This document shows positions 55,043 through 64,000 of a DNA stretch of 64,000 nt, piece after piece. Where the stretch lies: the NCBI GenBank assembly GCA_050084985.1, contig JBITNC010000001.1, forward strand, positions 142,786,001-142,850,000, in the 5' to 3' direction. Positions within the stretch are counted from its first letter, which is position 1, and every line of letters starts with the position of its first letter. The notes beneath the pieces were generated by a model, which did not search any database, was not told where the DNA came from, and was given only the letters and a program-made list of their open reading frames with translations. Position numbers and translations under genes: made by a program. Origin of the DNA: Nageia nagi (Eukaryota; Plantae; Pinophyta).

Positions 55043-56793
55043 GGAAAAATATCCAAAACACACCTATAATTTTGCATAATATCAAAATTATGCCTACTTT
55101 TTCTAAAATATCAAAAATGCACCTTTCTCTTAAATATAAAGAAATAAAATATTGATTGCATACAAATAAGAGTTTTTAAAGAGCTATATACCAATGTTGG
55201 CATGAGAATTCATTGAGGTGAATATTGATAATGTGAGATGAAAATTAAGAAAGGCATTCAAACAAGATATTTTTGTGGAGATAATTCAATTTTAATATAC
55301 ATATTCTTATGAATTTTACACTATTTGCATGAAGCAATCAAGAGGGACCTAATAAATTAAAGAGAAATTACTTATCTTTTATCATGGTTCAGTGCAAGAA
55401 GTTGCATCCACTTTATCATCAAAAAAGTGGAAGCATTTTCCTTGATTTTCAAGTTTTGGTAGAATTGATCTCAAAATTTGAAGTACTTAGAAATTGAATC
55501 ATTGAAAAGATAACTATGATGAAAATGTACTGCTTAGAGTCTAGTTTTCAAATACATAATTTATTACAATACCTAGATAATATGAATTTAATTTTTATAG
55601 GGATGAATAAAGATTACTTTTTAAAATATATAGTTTTAGGACCATACCATGCATCTTTCTAGCAAGCATAATTTGACCTAAACTATATTATTTATTAAAA
55701 TCCTTTTAAGCATAGATACCTAAGACACTGAAACTTATTCAATATATTTTTCCATAATTCTTTCTTAAAAATTTTTCAATGAATTTTTTATTGGTCGTGT
55801 TTTCTATTTCAAAAGTTGCACTCTTTTGGCACACATAATTTGACCTAAATGTATCCTTTTTTCCAAAATTTATTTTTAATCTTATATAGAATTATTTGTA
55901 GCTTCTTTCCATATAATGTTTTTCATAATTCCTCCAAAAAAATGTTATTAAAAAAAGAAGATACCCTCATATTTGAAAAATATGGACCAATTTCACTATA
56001 AATTAATTAAAAAATTAAAAAAAACTAATCCATTTATAAAATAAATTGCATATTTGAAATCTACATTATTTAATCTAAATTGGGTTTTAATTTTCTACAA
56101 AAATTCAATCAAAATTCCATCAAATGGTTGTTCAAAATCAAGATTTATCATTAAAATTATCTTAGAAAAATACTTGCAAGTCCAAGGCTAAGAATTTTCT
56201 CACCAAGCCTTTTTTAAGCCTAAAAATGAGCCTGAAACATAAGGAAATAGATTTAAATATATCATGATCTTGATTTATATTCAAAAATTTGAATTCCAAT
56301 ACATATCAAGATCTCAATTTTTTTAAATATCAAGATCCTGATTTAAAATCGGAATCCTGATTCTATTGAGATCTCAAACCTAAATTAAGATCCTAATTTT
56401 ACCACCATGGAGTTTTAAGTCCTAATACCTCTATAAAAGTGGACTTAAATTTATGCACACACCCTAATACTATATCATAATAAGATAATGAAAGTGCTTT
56501 ATCATAAAAAAGAAAGTCTTCTTATGGGCTTCAAAGGTCCATGTACAATCAGCAATTTAATAAAGTTTAAAGTGAAATGCCTAAATCATTAACCTTCACA
56601 ATGGGTAGCTACCCAAAATTTTGGGCTTTGAGTCTGAAATCCATGTTGCAGCCACTAAAAATATTACTATAATATATTTAGTTTATGTTTGCATTATATC
56701 TCCCAATATTCAAGGCTATTTTTGATATTTCAAAAAAGGTAGGAGTATTTTTGATATTATGCAAAATTATAAGGGTATTTTAAATATTTTCCC
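55043..56793. mobile_element. Non-autonomous Mutator-like element (MULE), 1751 bp
   Basis: ~80-bp imperfect TIRs (GGAAAAATATCCAAAACACACCTATAATTTTGCATAATATC vs GGGAAAATATTTAAAATACCCTTATAATTTTGCATAATATC) and a perfect 9-bp TSD TTATTTGAA (55034-55042, 56794-56802). Confidence 0.9.
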
Positions 56794-56802
56794 TTATTTG
56801 AA

Positions 56803-58230
56803 AACCATTGATATCTAAGTGGATAAGGTACTAGGGAGGAAATATTGGTCCATCCCTTTCATTCAAAAAAGTAATTTATGTATATGGATAATATTATAAA
56901 ATAACATATTAACTTAGAATAATCTTTAACATCAAGGATTCAAAGGTTCAAATAAATATTTTCTATGTAAGACTAAAGAGGAAAGTGTAAACCATATCTT
57001 TATGAGTTTCTTCTTTACCCAAGAGGCATGCAACTAGTAGGATAAGGCCCTACTAATACTATGGATCACATTTAATAACTTAATAAAATATATGATATAA
57101 TGAAGAAGTTTTCTCAATGAAAATGAAATAAAACATTTAGCTTTACAAACCTTTTTATGGATTATATGGCTATAAGAAAGAAAGAGTACCTTTAGAGATA
57201 GTTCTAGACATGCCAAATCTATCTTTAATATATTTAAATATAATATATAGGAACAAATATTTCTAAAATATGTAAGGTGCTACCCTTCTCCTTAAAAAAA
57301 AACACCTTTTTTGAGCACATTTTGAATTATTTTTAAAATTCTTAGAAACTAGTTACATGAGGTAGAACTTTTGTATGCTTGGGAATTAAAATTTAAATGT
57401 TATTTTTTAGATTTTAATGCTAAAATCCTAAAGTGTAGTCTATTATATATTCTAAAAATTAAATTTCTAATTCCTAAAACTATACATAGACCAACCTAAG
57501 TGCCTATAACTATTTCTATTATAGGTATGTGCGATATGTAACTTAGAAAAAGTAAGGTATCTGGAAGCCAAGGAATGTAAGAAGTGTGGGTGGTCGATCA
57601 CACCACATGGATGGTGGATGTTGCTTCAAGAAAGTGCATATGTTAAAATCAAAATAATGTTCTCAAAACCCTAATAGATAATATTTAGTTTGGAATGTTC
57701 ATGGGTCTTTCAGGCTGAGAGAATGTTTGTATTATGCATCAGGTACCAACCTTGCAACTTGATGGTTTCATTACTGGGAATGTTGGTCTAGTACCTTCTC
57801 ACATTTACAATGATGTTTTATTATGGAGAGAGTTTATAAATTATGGATGTTTTCTACATAAATAGGGTTAGTGGATTGTTAATAAGAGTCCCTAGTACTC
57901 CCTCAAATGGGTGTTTTACAATTCTACAAAAATGTGGGAGTTTTATCTCTAGAAATTTAGTGAGATATGCTAAGGGGAACCCTATTTGATGGAGTTATAT
58001 GATCTCTTTGAGACCATGGTTTATTTAGAGGCATTGGGAGGTCCATGGTCATGTTTGGGTGTTGTTATTACCTTGGCCTATGTGTGCTTTCTAGGGGTTT
58101 TTATAACACTCTTGTAAGTGGATTTATACTATTCTTTACTTAGAGAAATGAAACCATTTTTTTCTTCATATGAATTTGCATTGGTCCTTTGCATTTGTTG
58201 ATGATAATGTTGATAAATTAAAATAAAAAT
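56803..58230 (+). mobile_element. LINE ORF2 C-terminal fragment (zf-RVT and downstream)
   Basis: CIWIIL*NNILT*NNL*HQGFKGSNKYFLCKTKEESVNHIF (~56878-57000) matches zf-RVT ILTxDNLxKRG...CxLC...ESxNHIF. FLWIIWL*ER (~57152-57180) matches WxIWxERN. The 3' end is uncertain. Confidence 0.7.
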
Positions 58231-59168
58231 TATAGAGTTTAAAAAAGGGAATTCTTATTTTTAATTTTTGCATGAGTAAGGAAGGTCATAGTGCTTTAGT
58301 GACTACACTTCTTTCATGAATTTAACTTTATATTTCTTTGATTCTATAGTTAGTCAAATGAACACTTAACTCTAGCACATGGGTAAATTGATAACCAAAA
58401 TTCAAGGGAAAACATAAATAAAATCATTAGTTATAAGTCAATTCAAGGTTGAGGGATTACGTATGAGTTGATATCTACTCTCTATTGGAATGTAGGGGTA
58501 GCATTTTAGAGGGATAGTATGTTTAAATGTTAAAACTACAAAATATCTACAATCATGTTCAAAATTGTCTAGAAAATTTAAACTCAGTTAAAAGTGAAAT
58601 AAACATATAAGTTTTCTATGAAAGTTTATAAATGTTTCTTAGTGGTTAAACATTGTCAAATGCTTTTGAATATCATTATGATTCATATATTACTCTACAT
58701 TAAAAAGGATTCTCCACTTCATTATATTCTATCATGTTGCATTGCCTTATATCATGATACTCATTTGTTAAAAAATATTGCATCTATTAGATATCATGTT
58801 TATCATATTTCTTTGTATTGAAGAGGTGAACTTACTGAGATAATATATTTCATATCTATAAAAATTTATAGATTTAGGTTTTGGCTCAAGGTAATTCTGG
58901 GAAAAATGTTGCTAAGGAAATACCTAGAGATGGCTTAGTTGTTATCAGATTTTTGGAATGAAAATAAAATATTCTATGTACATAGTTATATTTTATTTGG
59001 CATGTAGGCTCTCTAAACACTTAGTGTTAACATGTTTGATGATGTTATGCTACTGTAATACTTTTTATTAGTCAAACTTTCTTAATGTCTATTGGATATT
59101 AGTTAGATGGTTGCAATTTGTAGTGTTCTCTTCTTGTTGGCTACATTTTAGATAAAATTACATAATTA

Positions 59169-60734
59169 TGTTATGAACAAAGTTCCCAAAATAGCATAAA
59201 CTCATGAGAGAAAGAGCTCAATGCATTGAATAAGAGATCAAATTTGTAATAAGCCACTTCGAGGGGGAAACCTCCTTTACAAATCTATAATAAGCCACTT
59301 TGAGGGGGAAACCTCCTTTACATCACATCAATTACCCAACAATAGACAATACAAATGATAATACCCCCTTAGTATATATAGGAGTCCAAGGGGTGCCACT
59401 AAAATGAAAGGACACTAGCTAACATAACAATAATAATGTCTAGTCAACATAAAAATAATAATGTAAGGGAATAACAATAACCAAAGTGGACTTATATGGG
59501 ACACATAATAACAATATATGGGCTACATGAGTGGTGTAGGGACCTAACATGCCCCTCTCCTTCAAAAAAATGTTGTCCTCAATGTTTTAGTAGTTTTGGA
59601 TGCTTCTGTAGTAATTTCTCATCTTCCCATGTGGAATCTTTATCCATTGCCATATTTTTACTTTCAAACTTCCTTTCCATTCTAAAAACCATCTCTAATG
59701 ATGTTGGTATACTACCAGTACATTGTAGGAGACCACAATTCCCCAGGATGTAGTGCTTTTTAAACTATGATTTGGAGACTGTTCTATTATTTGACCTTCC
59801 AACTAATGTAAATTTGAAATTTTGGCCCTTTAGAGTATTAAATTTATACCTATGGTATCCTCATATTTATTCTTTTCAATTCCATATATTTCATCAAATT
59901 CTGATATTCCAAGAGGAAATGGCTATAACTTTCCCAAAATGTGCTGATTTTTGGATTTTTCAAAAGTGCAAACTTGTATGAAGTGCTATGTCTCACCTAT
60001 TTATTCCCAAACCTTAAAAATTGTAACAGATAAAATTAAGTCTATACCCTAACCAATACAATAGGTTTCACCTCATTTGGAGCTATAAAACTTCAGATAT
60101 ACACTTTTTAGCTAGAACACCTATTTCAGACTTACTTTTGAGACTAGTCACAAACCTTAACTTCCCCCAAGTGTAACTTGCAAAATATAGTGAATTAGGA
60201 GCTTAAATTTGAACTAAAACTTCTACAATATGTCTTATAAAATCCCAATTAATTTTAGAATCTGAAAACTTGCAAAAAACAATTGGTAGTGAAAATTCCA
60301 TGATGACTAGTTTTGAGCCATGAAACCATAGAATCGTCTGCTCTGATACCAAATGTTATGAACAAAGTTCCCAAAAAAGCATAAAATCATGAGAGAAAGA
60401 GCTCAATGCATTGAATAAGATATAAAATTTGTAATAAGCCACTTCAAGGGGGCAACCTCCTTTACAAATTTGTAATAAGCCACTTTGAGGGGGCAACCTC
60501 CTTTACATCACATCAATTACCCAACAATAGATAATACAAATGATAATACCTCCTTAGTATATATAAGAGTCCAAGGGGTGCCACTACAATGAAAGGACAC
60601 TAGCTAACATAACAATAATAATGTCTGGCCAACATAACAATAATAATGTAAGGGAATAACAATAACCATAGTGGACTTCTATGGGACACATAATAACAAT
60701 ATATGGGCTACATGAGTAGTATAGGGACCTAACT
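59169..60734 (-). mobile_element. Miniature non-autonomous LTR element (TRIM-like), chromovirus-derived, 1566 bp
   Basis: 381-bp LTRs at 59169-59549 and 60354-60734 (~21 mismatches), TSD AATTA (59164-59168, 60735-60739), PBS TGGTATCAGAGC (60351-60340), PPT GAAGGAGAGGGGCA (59563-59550). The 804-bp interior is largely non-coding. Confidence 0.93.
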
Positions 60735-61988
60735 AATTATCTCTAGTATATGTACTACTATGTTGCAAAGTGAATCGAATACAAATATAAACTTATACAT
60801 GATGTTATAATTTTGAATATTTAAATGATTATTTCAATAGGTAGTATCATGTTGTTGATTGGTATATTGGTGATTGTGGTTTAAAAATTAGAATGAATGT
60901 TTCCTATTGATTGGTTACTTCAACTAATTTCTTGTGTACATTGTAGTTCAAATGGATACTCTTCAGCCAAAAATATTGTAACAAGTCTTAACTTATACCT
61001 ATTATAGGAATGAGTAAATTTTGAAAACTATGAGTTAGAAAGTTCATAATCTTTAATGTTGTGAATGATATAAGAATCATGTCAAATGAACACTTAGCTA
61101 TTATCAAAAGTAAATGTTGAAATTGATCATGTCTTGATTGATTAATTTAGTGAATATTTGAGTTTTAATGATTAATATGTTTACATTACTAACCAAAAAG
61201 TTTAGACATAAGGATATAAGATAAATTTCTAGTAAACCATTCAAATCATCCTTGTAGAAAGGATGGTAGGATGCTTAAACCATATATGTTTATCTAAATT
61301 ATAATAAAGAATAATTGCATGAATATAGGGGATGAATCCTATTAAAATTCCTACTCTATTGCAAACTTTTGAAATGTTCTATGGAAAAGATAAATACGAG
61401 GTAGATCTATTATTTACTCACTTCCTTTTGAAACCTATTAGTTAATTTCTTTTGGAATAAAAGCTTCTACTTTATTAAAAAATTATCTTTGTGAATAATC
61501 TAGCAAGTTAAAAATATATCATCAACCATACAAGCCTATATTTCTAAATCATTTAGAGTGTAATCTTTTGAAGGTACTATTGCTACTATACTCAACTATG
61601 ATATGAAAATTGACTTTTTTTATTTACTTTGAAAAAGAATATAGAAACTTAGTTTACACTATGTCTAACAGCCAAGAGGTATGAAAAAGTAAACATTATG
61701 TTAATGATAAATAATAATTAGCTATGGGATCTTGTGTGATATATTGGAAGGGTCACTGAGCTTTACCATATCACTTTGCTATTTATTAGCTATAGTAGAA
61801 AATAGTTTGTCTACAAGGTTTATTGTGATTGAAACACTACTTTAAATGGTGTAATAAACTTTCACTCTCATTGTAATTATTACTTTTGCAATATGATTTG
61901 TGTTAAAAAATAGTTATTACTATTATTGACACCAATAGTTTGAAAACCTAAGATAGCCATGGTTTCCAACTTATTAATATCTTACAGT

Positions 61989-62000
61989 TGGTATTAGAGA
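61989..62000 (+). promoter_or_regulatory. tRNA-iMet-like PBS after an LTR end at 61986
   Basis: ...ATCTTACA GT TGGTATTAGAG, one C>T from TGGTATCAGAG. The LTR start is unresolved. Confidence 0.7.
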
Positions 62001-62249
62001 CCATGATCTAAAAATTTGAATTACTCATAAGAAATTATTCTCTTGAATACGAATAATGGTTATGATTTTAAGGGCCAAAGGTAGGAACCATGGAGAAAAT
62101 TGAGGTAAAGGTGGGAACCATGATAGAGGTAGCAACCCATGAAGGGGTAGGGGTAGGATTGGGATTCATGAACCTCATGTTGCACCTATCATAGCCGAAG
62201 TATTGATCAACCATATAAAAATAGTTAACCCTTAGTGGTAAATCTAAAG

Positions 62250-64000
62250 ATGGTAGTTATGGAAACATCCATGGAAAATATGAGGAAACATATGCAAGAT
62301 CAATAACATAATATTAACCAACTCCAAAATATATGGACAAAGATTGAGATAGGGAGACTTGATCCCTTGATCAAAGAACCCTAATTACTAATGAATTGAT
62401 GAAAGATACAAGGAACTTCAAAATTCCAAAATTTAGTGGTCAAAAAATTGATGAATCTAAAGTATGGTTAACTAAGATTGAAACCATTTTCTCTATAAAA
62501 GGGTACAACTCTAGAACAAAAACCATTGTAGTTGGATTTCATCTTTCTAAATCAACTCTTGATTAGTGTAGCATAGGTATATTTTTTCAATGTTGAAAAA
62601 TAGGTCACAAAAGTCGAATGGGATGAATTCCTAAGGCTTTTTAGAAGTAGATATTTATCAAATCAATTCTATGTTGAAAAGAAAAATGAGTTCATTTAGT
62701 TAGAATAGAAAAGTTTAAACATGGAAGCTTATTATTAACACTTCATCAAATTACTAAAATATATACCAGCATTTGAAAATGATAAATAACGTAAAACCCA
62801 AAGATTTATTTTAGGATTAGATACTTGGATTGGCAATGCCATCAATTTGCATGAACCTATAAATGTTCATAAGGCCTTTGACCTAGCGAAAAGAGAAGAA
62901 ATAAATCAATCATCCAGGAGAATAGCTAAAAAACTTTTTCATATTGAAGGGTTGAAAAGAAGAAAAATATGGGGTAAATATCATGGTCTTTCAATTAGAA
63001 GAAAACCCAAAATAATGAAAATATGATTGATAAAAGGGGGTAAAACATACAAAACCAAGCACAAAATTTAGCAAAAAGAGTACTACAATATGGTGAATGT
63101 AGGGAAAATAAAAGGGTTAGAACTAACACTGATAATAATGTTGCTCCAAAAGCTTAAAATGTAATGAAACTAGCTTACCCAGGGTAATTGGGTAACATTC
63201 TTATTAATGTCGATAACATTTTCTATTAAGCATAAGGAAACTTAAAAGAAAAAGGCTCTACAAACAAAACATTGCTCTATGAATACAAAATAGGCTCTAG
63301 AACCATAACCTTCAAACCCTGAAGGAAAAATTTCTAATGTTAAAATATCTTTTCTGATTGATGATGGAGGTACTTATAGTTTTCTCTCATCTTATACAAT
63401 GAATAAATTAGCTTCTAAACCTAAAATAATGCATGAACCATTGTAATGTAGAATTTCTTATTGAATGTCCACCTAAGGATAACTACAAAGAGGATAAGAA
63501 GGCTCATAAAGAAAACCATTGCATCTATGTAGGTACAAATAAATAGGCTCTAGATAGCCAAGCTACTCCCATAACCCTTGATGGGAAAATTTATAATGTT
63601 AAAATATCTTTTTTGATTGATTGTGGAGGTACTTATAGTTTCTCTCATCTTATACAATGAATTAATTAGCTTCTAAACCTAAAAGAATGCATGAACCATG
63701 AAATGTAGAATTTCCATCTAGTCAAATTTGTAAGGTTAAATAGGTCTTAAATGATGTAATTTTATCTCTAACTAGATATGATTCAAAAATTACATTACAT
63801 ATCATTCCTTTATCCTCTTATGAAGTCACATTATGCATGGATTGGTTGAAACAAGCCAAGGCTAAAGTGTACATATATGAAAGGTATGTTAAGGTGAAAA
63901 AAGAAGGAGATAAAAAGGTGAAATTGCATAGTGTGTATAAAGCCTTCAAAATACAACCCTTTTTAGCCATTCAATTTGTAAAAATAATGATAAAAAAGTC
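62250..64000 (+). pseudogene. Tekay/Del-like gypsy gag-protease remnant, truncated by the window edge
   Basis: FKIPKFSGQKIDESKVWLTKIETIFSIKGYNS (~62417-62512), protease ISFLIDDGGTYSF (~63345) and ISFLIDCGGTYSF (~63604), and VTLCMDWL (~63826-63849). Confidence 0.8.

Noticed and set aside
14238-57675. Scattered AAACCCTA telomere-like motifs
   Set aside because: They are isolated single units within LTRs and other TE sequence, not an interstitial telomeric array.
58230-61986. Exact 5' boundary of the Tekay-like LTR
   Set aside because: Only the 3' end (61986) is supported, by the PBS. The shared motif GTCAAATGAACACTTA at ~58353 and ~61081 is not enough to place the start.

Overview
This is a strongly AT-rich, CpG-depleted plant nuclear window made almost entirely of nested transposable elements. 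I see no host gene, tRNA, rRNA or CRISPR array. The Tat domain orders suggest a gymnosperm (inference). Reconstructed nesting: (1) 1-~12 kb is a decayed minus-strand non-chromovirus Ty3/gypsy element with an antisense Plant Mobile Domain (PMD) pseudogene at 465-~1990. (2) A decayed plus-strand L1-type LINE ORF2 (~13.2-58.2 kb) is split by three insertions. (2a) A 35-kb LTR element (13455-48391) encodes only Gag plus an antisense multi-exon PMD gene and no pol. It hosts a TatII-like element (17525-~42841; PR-aRH-RT-RH-INT; triple PBS array). That element in turn hosts an Ogre/Tat-like element (20300-28985, TSD CTCCT), a 4.5-kb solo LTR (29673-34210, TSD CATAG) and a CACTA-like insert (36245-37289, TA duplication). 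(2b) A young Ty1/copia element (49670-54778, TSD ATAGT, ~98.5% LTR identity, three in-frame nonsense codons). (2c) A non-autonomous Mutator-like element (55043-56793, 9-bp TSD). (3) A chromovirus-derived miniature LTR element (59169-60734, TSD AATTA) and the 5' part of a Tekay-like gypsy element run to the right edge. The best candidate for an undescribed system is the pol-less 'Gag + antisense intron-containing PMD' retroelement, paralleled by a second antisense PMD next to a different gypsy lineage. All alignments and translations were done by eye, and family motifs and tRNA sequences are from memory.
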